A stretch of DNA of 36,529 nt from Nitrosomonas sp. (GCA_005779435.1 SXJH01000225.1:1-36529); one strand, 5' to 3'; shown: positions 18,677 to 27,590, numbered from the stretch's first letter. Notes: generated by a model not told the origin, from the letters alone. Made by a program: numbers and translations.

Positions 18677-20828
18677 TAATCATTTGCTCCTCTTCGTTGT
18701 TTTCCGCCTGCTCTTGCGGTTGGTGATCCAAATATTCGGTGTAAACCTGCCAAGAACCGTCGTCTAGTTTCACCGCGCGCGATACTTTGCTGTGCGGCTT
18801 TGGTTGAGCTTGCTGCTCAATCGATGGCTCCGGAACTGCCGAAACACCCTGCACAGCCTCGGCAACAACTGCCCGCACCTGCTCAGGTGTCATACCTGTT
18901 TGCACAACTTTCAGCCGGTTTGTTTCAGCGTTGAAAGCGTCGATTTTGAGCTTTTCAATTTCCAGTGTTTTGTCCGCCGTTGTCGCCTGCGCTTTCTGCG
19001 AAACCTCTTGAATCTGCTGCTGTAATTGCTGGATTATTTGCTGCGCCTCTGCTTGGGTTTGCTCTAATTGCTGCTGTAGTTGCATGATTTCTGGCGGAGG
19101 CTGATCGCCGTTTTCGGCTTCTTGGACTTGCGGGGGCAACATCGCTTTGAATCGTTTGGCCATTTCCTCAGCGCCTGGCCAGTCAAGATTTTTAGCCAGC
19201 AAATCAGAAATTAATGGCGCGGCTGCTGGATAGGATCTGATAAATTCGGTCATCTGCGTCGCGGCCTCTTCGCGCTTAGTAGCAAACGACGGCCCGGCAC
19301 TCACAACAACGTCATATTTACCGACTGACAAGTCATAAACGCGCGTTAATTCGCCGTTATCGCCTTTGATCTGCTGCGCTTCTTCGCCGATGCGCACGTT
19401 TTCAGCTTCTTTTCCGTCTTCGCCGAGAATGCGGACAATCCTGTCGCCGGTGTAAACGTGCGGGATCAGATCGATCACGATTTGCCCGACGTGGCGGATC
19501 GCGCGCGACAGATTGTCTACAAAATGGAAATTACCGATTTCGCCTTGCCGCTGACGCGCCATAATTGCGCGCCCTGACGTTTCGTTAGATTCCGCACCCA
19601 TACTCGGATCGTGCATGTTAAGCACTGTTTTTATGTCGTCGCTTGCGTTCATTGCCTCTTGTAGCGCCCCGGCCGGAACGCCCGCGAAAGCTTGGCGCTG
19701 TGGTGCATCATTGCCTTTGTATTGTAAAAATGCGTGATCTTCGATGTTCGCTGTCGCCCATTTGTGTGAATCAACGGAAAATGCACCTTCCTTCCCAACC
19801 CACGGCGCATTCGGTGCGAGCGCGACTAATTCAGTTGTTTTTGTCCGCCAATAATTAAATATCCGTTGCGGGTCTTTGGCGTCGCGGATCAAACTCTTAA
19901 AATACCGCTTTCCGGCCACGATGATTTCATCGCCATAAACGGGCACAATAGGAATGTACTTACCAGCCCATTCGTTTTCTTCGAGGACTTCCGAGCCGGT
20001 TACGATAAACTGTTTAACCTTCCAACTTCGAGTCTGGCGCTCATCAACCTTCTGCGCGCCGATTGCTTCGTAGTAGTCTGATTGCTCCGCGTAGACTTCG
20101 GCATCAACAACGGAGCCTTCGTTAAGCAGGAAGATTGTTTTGGCGACTTCTTCGCGTACCCAATACTCAGCAATCAGAATTCCATCTTCGTCCAGCCAAT
20201 CGGCATCAAACCCGGTGTAGCCGTCGGAATCTTCCCAACCCTCCGCAGAATCTTTTTTATACTTCGCTTTGAATTCGGATTTTGTGATCCGATCAACAAT
20301 CATGCACTCATTCCAATCGCTCGAATCTGCGGCCATGCTGTGCGGATCGCCGAACACAGCGAATTGATTGGCCACCCTATCAATCTTGATATCTTTATCA
20401 AATGTATCATCGTGCGCATAATCCACATTTACCCGGATGTACCCATAGCCCCCAGCAACCGCATGTAAAACGGCGGTATCGTATGCAAGGTCGGCTTTTG
20501 ATGTTGATTCAATGTTGCGAATCAGCCCGGTGTATATTTCTGCGGTTTCCGGGTCGGCGTTATCGTCAACCGGCTTGACTGATATCGATGGCTTGTTTTG
20601 TCGTGAGTTGTTTACAACCTGGTGAACGTACGCGACCAGCTTATTTATAGTCAGGCACGGCTTCCCGCGCGACTTTCGGCGATCTATGTCGGATTGCTCC
20701 CACTGCTTGCCAAGTAAAGAAAACTCAATATCATCAAGCGCGGACTTGCGGTTTTCTCGCTCCGCATCGCTCGCAAGCGTGAAAAAATCTTTGGCTTGCT
20801 TGATTATGTCGACTGTGTTTTTTGGCAT
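18669..20828 (-). CDS. Portal protein, P22-like
   Basis: PCLTINKL, YIPIVPVYG, KDPQRIFNYW, ETSGRAIMARQRQG, C-terminal Q-rich barrel. Confidence 0.92.
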   Translation of the reverse strand: MPKNTVDIIKQAKDFFTLASDAERENRKSALDDIEFSLLGKQWEQSDIDRRKSRGKPCLTINKLVAYVHQVVNNSRQNKPSISVKPVDDNADPETAEIYTGLIRNIESTSKADLAYDTAVLHAVAGGYGYIRVNVDYAHDDTFDKDIKIDRVANQFAVFGDPHSMAADSSDWNECMIVDRITKSEFKAKYKKDSAEGWEDSDGYTGFDADWLDEDGILIAEYWVREEVAKTIFLLNEGSVVDAEVYAEQSDYYEAIGAQKVDERQTRSWKVKQFIVTGSEVLEENEWAGKYIPIVPVYGDEIIVAGKRYFKSLIRDAKDPQRIFNYWRTKTTELVALAPNAPWVGKEGAFSVDSHKWATANIEDHAFLQYKGNDAPQRQAFAGVPAGALQEAMNASDDIKTVLNMHDPSMGAESNETSGRAIMARQRQGEIGNFHFVDNLSRAIRHVGQIVIDLIPHVYTGDRIVRILGEDGKEAENVRIGEEAQQIKGDNGELTRVYDLSVGKYDVVVSAGPSFATKREEAATQMTEFIRSYPAAAPLISDLLAKNLDWPGAEEMAKRFKAMLPPQVQEAENGDQPPPEIMQLQQQLEQTQAEAQQIIQQLQQQIQEVSQKAQATTADKTLEIEKLKIDAFNAETNRLKVVQTGMTPEQVRAVVAEAVQGVSAVPEPSIEQQAQPKPHSKVSRAVKLDDGSWQVYTEYLDHQPQEQAENNEEEQMING

Positions 20829-20852
20829 AAAAAAACCCGCTCGAGGCGGGTT
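20829..20852 (-). terminator. Terminator-like hairpin after terL
   Basis: AACCCGC/GCGGGTT stem followed by T tract. Confidence 0.55.
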
Positions 20853-20877
20853 ATAGGTGATTAATGTATTTTTTTGA

Positions 20878-22179
20878 TTAACTCATCCAGCCATGCGTTA
20901 AAACTGGCCGCGTGTATTGCTCGTCAGTTTTTGTAAAAAGATCCTCAACCGCTATCGCCATCAATCCGAACGCATCCGCACCGTGACTACTCCAGTCATG
21001 ATCCGGGCCTAATCCAATGCCGCGCGCATCATCAATTTTTTCGTGATACCAGCCCAGCGCATCAATGCCAGCCGATGTAGTCGCTTCGTTAAACCAGCAA
21101 GACCCAAGCCAGCGCCGCACCGCTTCAATCCTCAGCATCGCTGCACCCTTGCCTTGATTTGGCACCACTTCTACCCGATAACCAGCAGCATCGAACGCGG
21201 ATTCGTAGCTGACTGCATAAACACGGTCGTTCTGCCCGCCGTCGTGCGGCAGCCAAATTTGTGATTTTGTTGTTGTGTAATTGCGCGACCGCAGCCAGTT
21301 GATATGCGCATCAATCGGCTGGCCCTGGCTCTCATAGTAATCAATAACCCGGATCTCTTTTCCGATAATCTGACACGCCCAAATTGCAAAAGCGTCCGAT
21401 CTTGCGCCTGTGCCGCCGATATCACAGAAAAGATGGATAGCCATCAGCGGATCGGCAGCGACTCTACCAATGCGCCCGCTTGATCTTGCTTCAGCTAAAT
21501 GCCGGGCGAAATATGCGCCGGAATTTACGGCAGCATAGCCACCTTCCCAAATGTGATCGTATTGTTCGGGTGTTGTGCGCAAACAATCCAGCCGCTCTTG
21601 ATTGAGTTCGGGCGGCAACATTGGATTATCACTCCAATTTGCACGCACAACTACCGCGCCGGTTGGCAGATCATCGCCGCGCAGCATCATATCAACCGGA
21701 TCAGTTTTGCGCCTCGGATTCCAGCTAAACCACAGCTCCGAGCCGGACGCGCGGATTGTGGGGCGAAGCAATGATAATGATCTGGCACTCAATGTTTGCG
21801 CCTCCTCAATCCACGCCCGGCCAAAACCCTCGAGCGATTTTATAGATTCCGCGTTGTGATCCTGCATACCGACAAACGTTATTACGCCATCGCCAGGCGT
21901 TCTGATGACCTCGTTAAATATTTTAAAGCCGTGCTTTTCACCGATCCCAAATGCACCCAACTTATCCTCAATCAGCCGCTTGCTCGACTCTTTGAGCGTT
22001 TTTTGCACCTCGCGAATACAAACCGCCCGCATGCCGCGGAATTCAAAACAATCCTCTATCAATTTTTCGGCGAAAAAATGCGATTTACCAGAGCCGCGAC
22101 CGCCCCACGCGCCTTTGTATCTAGCAGGCTCTAAAAGCGGAGCAAATACCCGCGCCGTATTAAATTCAATTTCAGGCAT
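20878..22179 (-). CDS. terL: Terminase large subunit (PBSX family)
   Basis: GGRGSGKS Walker A, WIEEAQ Walker B, SWNP, HDWSSHGADAFG. Confidence 0.95.
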   Translation of the reverse strand: MPEIEFNTARVFAPLLEPARYKGAWGGRGSGKSHFFAEKLIEDCFEFRGMRAVCIREVQKTLKESSKRLIEDKLGAFGIGEKHGFKIFNEVIRTPGDGVITFVGMQDHNAESIKSLEGFGRAWIEEAQTLSARSLSLLRPTIRASGSELWFSWNPRRKTDPVDMMLRGDDLPTGAVVVRANWSDNPMLPPELNQERLDCLRTTPEQYDHIWEGGYAAVNSGAYFARHLAEARSSGRIGRVAADPLMAIHLFCDIGGTGARSDAFAIWACQIIGKEIRVIDYYESQGQPIDAHINWLRSRNYTTTKSQIWLPHDGGQNDRVYAVSYESAFDAAGYRVEVVPNQGKGAAMLRIEAVRRWLGSCWFNEATTSAGIDALGWYHEKIDDARGIGLGPDHDWSSHGADAFGLMAIAVEDLFTKTDEQYTRPVLTHGWMS

Positions 22180-22494
22180 TTATCCTGCTGCTGCCGGATC
22201 AATAATCCTGCGCACAAACGTGATCGTATGATCGATCGTTCCGCCATCTCGACCGGATAGCTCAAGCGCTTGCGGTGCTTTGCCGTATGCACGATCAATA
22301 ATGTATTGAGCTGCGGCCAGTCGATTGCGCTCATTTTCGCCGCTCCGCATGATCTCGATGATTGTGTCGAGCGCATCGGGCGTTTTTGTTTTGCACATCG
22401 CCTCAAGTGTGATTTGCTCTGCGGTTTTTTTGGCGCGCCCGCTTGGATTTCCGCTTTTCCCTGGTTTAAATCCGTTGACTGGTGGTTTTCTCAT
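22180..22494 (-). CDS. terS: Terminase small subunit (DUF5681-like)
   Basis: FKPGKSGNPSGR and IIDRAYGKAPQ; upstream of terL. Confidence 0.75.
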   Translation of the reverse strand: MRKPPVNGFKPGKSGNPSGRAKKTAEQITLEAMCKTKTPDALDTIIEIMRSGENERNRLAAAQYIIDRAYGKAPQALELSGRDGGTIDHTITFVRRIIDPAAAG

Positions 22495-22537
22495 TGCAAA
22501 ATCCTTGTTACCAATGTAAGTTTTCGCGCCATAAAAC

Positions 22538-22568
22538 AAAAAAGCCCGGAGCTTTCGCGCCAGGCTTT
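22538..22568 (-). terminator. tR'-like terminator in late leader
   Basis: AAAGCC..GGGCTTTTT hairpin between late promoter and terS. Confidence 0.5.
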
Positions 22569-22636
22569 CGGTTAACTTATTGTTTAATTAGTGGTTTTAT
22601 TTCTTTTACTTACACTAATACCACTCTACAAAAAAC

Positions 22637-22665
22637 AGCATAATCTTGTTACCGGGATTTTGCAA
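22637..22665 (-). promoter_or_regulatory. Candidate late promoter (PR'-like)
   Basis: TTGCAA-17 bp-TATGCT pointing at terS. Confidence 0.55.
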
Positions 22666-22693
22666 CAAATTTTAAAATATTTTAAAAAAAGTA

Positions 22694-22721
22694 CTGACAT
22701 TGCGCCCAATGGGCGTATAAT
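22694..22721 (+). promoter_or_regulatory. Sigma70 promoter with palindromic operator in the spacer
   Basis: CTGACA-16 bp-TATAAT; CGCCCA-A-TGGGCG palindrome at 22703-22715. Confidence 0.75.
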
Positions 22722-22812
22722 TATTTCCTTGCAGCACGGTACTTGATAGCCGATCATATCAAGAGCGATTCAGACCGCTAAAGTCTTGAAACCAAGATAG
22801 GGGTAACAGATC

Positions 22813-23142
22813 ATGATGAATACCAAAAACGCATTCAAATTGGAATATTCAAAGCAGCGCAAAATAAATAGCTTATATGGCGCCAGCCATGTAAGAAATG
22901 GGGCCAATGTAACATTCAGGAAATGGATTCCTGAAGCAACAAGAAACGCATCTGCAATAAAGGATGCAGCTTACCTGTGCGCATTAACTCCAATAGGGAA
23001 AGTATATTTCCCTGGAATTTACGCAAAAGTTGCCGAGCAGCGCAAGCAATTGTTGATTGATGGCTTGGGGTGGATATCAAATTTTGCTGGAATAAAGGCA
23101 GAAATAGCAGCCGCAAGACTCTCGATCGAAAAAGGAGAATAA
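22813..23142 (+). CDS. Hypothetical protein, candidate anti-defence/Acr
   Basis: First gene of a three-gene operon ending in a small HTH. Confidence 0.65.
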   Translation: MMNTKNAFKLEYSKQRKINSLYGASHVRNGANVTFRKWIPEATRNASAIKDAAYLCALTPIGKVYFPGIYAKVAEQRKQLLIDGLGWISNFAGIKAEIAAARLSIEKGE

Positions 23143-23145
23143 AAA

Positions 23146-23391
23146 ATGAGATCAACAGTAATCATAAGCAAGCGTGGCGAAGGCTACATAGCCACGGTAT
23201 CCGGTAAGTTCGGCGGTGGTTTCCAGGGTGGGCGTTGCGGATTAACTCCGTTCGAAGCGGCAGCAAAAGCAGCAGAATGGATGATTAGTTATGGCCAATC
23301 TAATCCGGAAGGCGGAGACTTAATGGCTCCGCAAGAAGTGTGGGATCTGGTGCCTGATCATTTACGCAGCATCCAGGCGAAAGATGCCTAA
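23146..23391 (+). CDS. Hypothetical protein, candidate anti-defence/Acr
   Basis: 81 aa, AAGGAG RBS, directly upstream of the HTH gene. Confidence 0.7.
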   Translation: MRSTVIISKRGEGYIATVSGKFGGGFQGGRCGLTPFEAAAKAAEWMISYGQSNPEGGDLMAPQEVWDLVPDHLRSIQAKDA

Positions 23392-23644
23392 CCACCCCAA
23401 CCGCAGCCGGGCGAAAAGCCCGGCGAGCAATCCAGATACCGATTCAATTATCGGCGCCCGAATTAATGCCGGTCTTACGCAGCAACAATCAGCCCAAATC
23501 GTAAATTCCGGGCTGCGTACGTGGCAGCATTGGGAGGATGGCGACCGGCGCATGCATCCGGCGTTGTTTGAGTATTTTTTGCTCAAAACCGGGCAGGCGG
23601 AATTGGTGATCGATCCGCGTTGCCGGGCGGCAGAAAAACAATAA
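23384..23644 (+). CDS. XRE-type HTH regulator, Aca-like
   Basis: ARINAGLTQQQSAQIV..LRTWQHWEDGDRRMHPA. Confidence 0.8.
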   Translation: MPNHPNRSRAKSPASNPDTDSIIGARINAGLTQQQSAQIVNSGLRTWQHWEDGDRRMHPALFEYFLLKTGQAELVIDPRCRAAEKQ

Positions 23645-23728
23645 TCATCTACTCAGCGCCGCTATCCCGGCGACTGGGGCGCATCTATAACTTTCATCTT
23701 TAATCTGTAGTCTACTCCGCTTTTTTCC

Positions 23729-23782
23729 AGCCACAACGCGGGCGGTATGACCTTCCGATAAATGAGCGTAGCGCTTCACCAT
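23729..23782 (-). pseudogene. Tyrosine-integrase C-terminal fragment (MVKRYAHLSEGHTARVVA)
   Basis: Translation resembles the catalytic-Tyr segment of tyrosine recombinases; frame stays open to TGA at 23645. Confidence 0.6.
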
Positions 23783-24306
23783 TTGCCAACCAGGCCAGCA
23801 TCAATCATCTTGCGCTCGATAATATCAATCGACTGCGAGTGCAATTTATCCATGATCGAATAAACGATTTTTCGATAATCTGCGGCGGACGCATTGTGGC
23901 AGCATAACGACTCCCTTATCATTCTATGCGTAATCTCCCGCCCGCCGATCCGCGCTCCGACATAAGCTAGAATCAGCATAGTTAAATCTCTAGATCGATC
24001 TGTTAAGTGTAAATGCACGCGCGACACTATCCGCGATACATGATCCGGATCGTTAAAATACTTGCACAAAAGATAAGCTTCGCACACCGGGTCGATATTG
24101 ATTATCATCGAATAGATATTGTCAGCCTGCCGATGAACTTCCTCGGGTGATAATCCGGTGAGAATGTCGTTATCGGTTGGCCGCGACGGTTTTCCGCACA
24201 TCCTGCTGATCGAAGGCGCTTTGTAAATCAGAGTCTCCCTAACCTGCGCCGCCCACATTAAAGCCGATTCCGTTGATTTAAACAATATTCCCCCCTTTTG
24301 CATCAA
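23776..24306 (-). CDS. Putative late-gene antiterminator (Q position)
   Basis: LFKSTESALMWA N-terminus; last gene of early-right operon before the late promoter. Confidence 0.5.
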   Translation of the reverse strand: MMQKGGILFKSTESALMWAAQVRETLIYKAPSISRMCGKPSRPTDNDILTGLSPEEVHRQADNIYSMIINIDPVCEAYLLCKYFNDPDHVSRIVSRVHLHLTDRSRDLTMLILAYVGARIGGREITHRMIRESLCCHNASAADYRKIVYSIMDKLHSQSIDIIERKMIDAGLVGKW

Positions 24307-24542
24307 ATCTCATGCCGCGCGCCATCGATCACCAGCGCGATCTTAACCTCGTTGTTCTCATAATCGCGGTAGCTAATCATGTTGGTTTTAAGGTTCTCGC
24401 AAAGTTTCTTCGCCGCTTCTTCGATAACTTTTTCCGCATGCGGCATCAACGCCGCCTTGATCTGATTTTCCAATTCATTTTCAATGCTTTTGGCAATGTG
24501 TTCAATAGCGTTTCCTAGTTTCAACTGGGTTGTAATAGCCAT
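24303..24542 (-). CDS. Hypothetical protein
   Basis: 79 aa, GGAG RBS. Confidence 0.65.
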   Translation of the reverse strand: MAITTQLKLGNAIEHIAKSIENELENQIKAALMPHAEKVIEEAAKKLCENLKTNMISYRDYENNEVKIALVIDGARHEI

Positions 24543-24564
24543 GATCTTTTCTCCAAAAATTAGT

Positions 24565-24999
24565 TCAGTCTTTTAATTCCAACTCACGCACAATCACAAC
24601 TACGCCTGGTGTTTCTGCGTATCGTTTGCGCTTAAAAACCTCAACAACTTGCACATCATCAACCCAAACAACGCCGTTCATTCCATCAAATACACCCTTC
24701 TCAACATTGTCAGCATCGGGCTTTTTAGTAGCAGCAATCAACCCTTGTGCCGCCATTTCTTTTTTCTTTTTCGTCCACGACGCCGGGATTTGCAGCCGTA
24801 TGTCCAGATCAACAGAAACCGCGCCGGATATAAGCGATTGTCCGGCCATTGCAACGTATGCGGCATGCGCTACCAATGATTCATAGTTCGCGGTTTTTTT
24901 AGGCGTATACATCGTTATAAATTTACCTCTGCGCGCCGCTCTTGCTCTGCCCTTGCCGACGGGCTGACCTGGAACTGTAAATTTAATTTCAATACTCAT
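24565..24999 (-). CDS. rusA: RusA-family Holliday junction resolvase
   Basis: PVGKGRAR, KKPDADNVEKGVFDGMNGVVWVDDVQV. Confidence 0.9.
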   Translation of the reverse strand: MSIEIKFTVPGQPVGKGRARAARRGKFITMYTPKKTANYESLVAHAAYVAMAGQSLISGAVSVDLDIRLQIPASWTKKKKEMAAQGLIAATKKPDADNVEKGVFDGMNGVVWVDDVQVVEVFKRKRYAETPGVVVIVRELELKD

Positions 25000-25184
25000 T
25001 TGCTTAAAATATCAGCGCCGTCATTCATTCTAAAAAACTCGTCCTTGTCTGCGACATGCTCGCCGCATTGTTCGCATGGATGCAGATCAATATCAAATCC
25101 GGCTTGCAACAAATGAACGCCGTGACCGCATTCGCACACCTTGTACCCTTGCTCTTTGTCCTGATCGTTCACTTTTTTTTCCAT
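24996..25184 (-). CDS. Small zinc-ribbon-like hypothetical protein
   Basis: CECG and CEQCG motifs, overlaps neighbours. Confidence 0.55.
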   Translation of the reverse strand: MEKKVNDQDKEQGYKVCECGHGVHLLQAGFDIDLHPCEQCGEHVADKDEFFRMNDGADILSK

Positions 25185-25345
25185 TCGATTTTTACCCGAT
25201 TAACAATCGATTCCGCGTAATTATCCCCGTATTTCTCGCGCCAATATTCGATGCATGCTGCCCGGTATTCTCGCGTGTGCGCTTTTGTGATCCATTCGAC
25301 CGCTTCCTTGATCGTCGGCTGCCGTGCGTTTTCTGGCTCATTCAA
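25169..25345 (-). CDS. Hypothetical 58-aa protein (TTG start; not in ORF track)
   Basis: MNEPENARQPTIKEAVEWITKAHTREYRAACIEYWREKYGDNYAESIVNRVKIEWKKK; fills gap in operon. Confidence 0.55.
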   Translation of the reverse strand: MNEPENARQPTIKEAVEWITKAHTREYRAACIEYWREKYGDNYAESIVNRVKIEWKKK

Positions 25346-25485
25346 TTGGTGCGCCGGTTACGCTCCGGCGAATCCGCACTGCGCGCCTGGGCATGCGGGG
25401 AACAGGTTTTCAGGTTTTTATGTTTCACAATCTTCTGATTTAAAATTTCTTTTATCTCTGATAATCTTTTTTCTGTTTCTTGTTT

Positions 25486-26142
25486 TTACTGAACAACTGC
25501 CGCTAATTTTGGTTTTCTGGCTTCCATTTCAGCCTGTAATTCAGAAGCGATTTCGCCAATAAGCACTGGGGCGTTTTTATCTATTTTTGAGTTAAGTAAC
25601 TTGTTGCCAAACTCAGTTTGTTCGTGAGATGGAAACAAAGAAAGCACATGTTCTTGAGTTAATCTCCCTTTTTCGGCGGCCTCACGCAAAACATGCTCGC
25701 GACTATTTTTATCATGCCCGAGTGAAGGCTCCCAATGCACAAGTACGTGATTATTCCGCGCATCTAAGCATTTCGCTTTATAAGTTTCAATGAACGCCAT
25801 CCGCGCAGCAATATGATCGCCTTCCTCAATCAATGGCAAAGCAATGCCGAATGATTCGGCCATTTCTCTTGTCCACACGACAGATTTATATTCTTCTTTC
25901 GGTATCATGGCCCAAGCCTCTTCAGGCCCAGGCCGTCCATCATCGATGCGATCGATAACATCACTTATTTTTAACCTACCTTTCAGTTCCTTGCGACATC
26001 TTTCAAGAGATTTCAAAACCTGTTCTTCTGGGAATCCTGACAAATCCTTCGCCATAATTCTTGCCGCAAATTCTGACAAATCGGTATCAGTTAATTCAGC
26101 AGTAACCGCTATTGCTTTTAGTAAATTTTCAGTTGGTTGCAT
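25486..26142 (-). CDS. Replication protein at P (helicase loader) position
   Basis: DGRPGPEEAWAM, SVVWT, ARMAFIETY; directly after initiator. Confidence 0.7.
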   Translation of the reverse strand: MQPTENLLKAIAVTAELTDTDLSEFAARIMAKDLSGFPEEQVLKSLERCRKELKGRLKISDVIDRIDDGRPGPEEAWAMIPKEEYKSVVWTREMAESFGIALPLIEEGDHIAARMAFIETYKAKCLDARNNHVLVHWEPSLGHDKNSREHVLREAAEKGRLTQEHVLSLFPSHEQTEFGNKLLNSKIDKNAPVLIGEIASELQAEMEARKPKLAAVVQ

Positions 26143-27052
26143 TTGCCTTAGCCTCTTCGATTAGCTTGTTGAAAACATTCCTGCGCGCTTGAGTTTTATC
26201 GGCTTGGCGTGCTTGCGTGCCGGTCATTTGCCGCTGCGTTACCCATTCCGTACGCAACTTCTCCGCATCAGCTAATAGCAGCCCTACGGTGTGCATTTTT
26301 TGAACGTAAAATTGATTGTTGTGATTTACAAAGAACTCTGCTACATGCGGTGATTCATCAAACCCAATTCGTTTTATAAAACTAGAAAGCTGAGCGTTTA
26401 CGGTTGCGTTACGCACAGGTTGTACTCCGTACCGCGAAAAATACGCCTCGCTGTACGCCTCCCAGGTTTCATGGGTTGGAGCCAAATCTTGATTTTTAGA
26501 AATCGGTCTTGTTTTTTTGACCGGGGTTATGTCGCGGTTTTTTGCGACTACCCCCGACGAAACAGGGGTGGAGGAATCGATAGATTCCGAAACCCCGCAA
26601 TCAGGAATCAGAGAATCAGTATTAAGGGAATCAGTATTAAGGGAATCAGTATTAAGGGAATCAGCCGGGCGGCTTCCGTTATTTAACGGTTCTTTAACCG
26701 TTAAATAACAACTATCTGAATTTTCTATATATTCTGGGAGAACTGTTTCGGCTTCTGTTTTGTGTGGATGTTGGTGCTTATCGAAATTTATTACCTGAAT
26801 AATCTTTAACCCGTTGCACTCATACCTGCATATAAAACCTAGTCGATGCAGCACCGTTAGATAACCGTTAATGTCTATATTTTCACGGTACGGGAACGTT
26901 TCGGCCTTTATTCGTAACGGCCTATCCTCGAGCCTGCCGGCTTTGTCAGCCAGGCACCATAAATTTATAAAAAGAATTGTTAGCATCGGGTCTTCAACGC
27001 CCAGAATCTCATTCTTAAATAATGCTGGTTTTATATTTCGCGCTCTAGCCAT
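26129..27052 (-). CDS. Phage replication initiator (O-like)
   Basis: MARARNIKP, LWCLADKAGRLEDRPLRIKAE, internal iteron repeats. Confidence 0.85.
   Translation of the reverse strand: MARARNIKPALFKNEILGVEDPMLTILFINLWCLADKAGRLEDRPLRIKAETFPYRENIDINGYLTVLHRLGFICRYECNGLKIIQVINFDKHQHPHKTEAETVLPEYIENSDSCYLTVKEPLNNGSRPADSLNTDSLNTDSLNTDSLIPDCGVSESIDSSTPVSSGVVAKNRDITPVKKTRPISKNQDLAPTHETWEAYSEAYFSRYGVQPVRNATVNAQLSSFIKRIGFDESPHVAEFFVNHNNQFYVQKMHTVGLLLADAEKLRTEWVTQRQMTGTQARQADKTQARRNVFNKLIEEAKANATN
26613..26703. repeat. Probable replication origin: 15-bp tandem repeat x3.5 and TAACGGT/ACCGTTA inverted pair
   Basis: GAATCAGTATTAAGG at 26613, 26628, 26643 plus partial at 26658; TAACGGT..ACCGTTA at 26684-26703; further ACCGTTA pair near 26853-26870. 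Confidence 0.7.
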
Positions 27053-27374
27053 TTTGTGAAGCCTTTTTAGCGATTCGAAGGTTGCGTTTTCCGCCAATTG
27101 GAAAAAGGGTGACATCGCACGAATACTCAGGATCAACAAGACATGGCTTTTGGCTGACAAACATCAGCACATGCGCGGCAATATCGAATTCGCGGCTATT
27201 TAGAGAGCGCATGTACACCTTCAATGCGGTGTGCCATTTTTCTTTGGCAAAAGCTTCTCTGCGCTCATATGAAAGATGAACGATATTGGCTATTACTTTT
27301 GGGTTGATACTAAGTGATTTGCTGCGTGATCGTGTTTTTGACGTTGCTTTCGCAACTTTTGATTGAGTAACCAT
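27045..27374 (-). CDS. Hypothetical protein controlled by C4-like RNA (icd/kil position)
   Basis: AGGA RBS within the antisense target; the upstream in-frame extension to 27629 is an Ash-type reading of the RNA region. Confidence 0.55.
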   Translation of the reverse strand: MVTQSKVAKATSKTRSRSKSLSINPKVIANIVHLSYERREAFAKEKWHTALKVYMRSLNSREFDIAAHVLMFVSQKPCLVDPEYSCDVTLFPIGGKRNLRIAKKASQNG

Positions 27375-27425
27375 GAATGGCATCCTGACGGCTGTGTTAA
27401 AAATTCGTTCCTTGTTCAGAGGAAC

Positions 27426-27505
27426 GGCCAGGCACTTGAACACCGCCGTCAGACGGCCAGCAATATTTCCCTTTCGGGTATTGTATTTTTGCTCGCTACC
27501 CGGCC
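27426..27505 (-). ncRNA. C4/CI-type antisense RNA (P1 c4 / P4 CI class)
   Basis: Closing stem GGCCGGGTA/TGCCTGGCC, CCC-GAAA-GGG hairpin; CTGACGGCGGTGTTCA is complementary to an upstream and a downstream site. Confidence 0.75.
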
Positions 27506-27590
27506 ATAGACAAACTATGGACGTAAAAAAACCACGACTCTCGGGCGCGGGGCAATCCGCTGACGGTGGTGTGTTCAGCACCAGAACCGC

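Noticed and set aside
2512-22575. Numerous plus-strand ORFs opposite the structural genes
   Set aside because: Shadow frames of well-supported minus-strand genes, lacking RBS or motifs
22805-22813. AACAGATCA shared between the CRISPR pseudo-spacer and the acr-operon start region
   Set aside because: Only 9 nt; expected by chance in 36 kb
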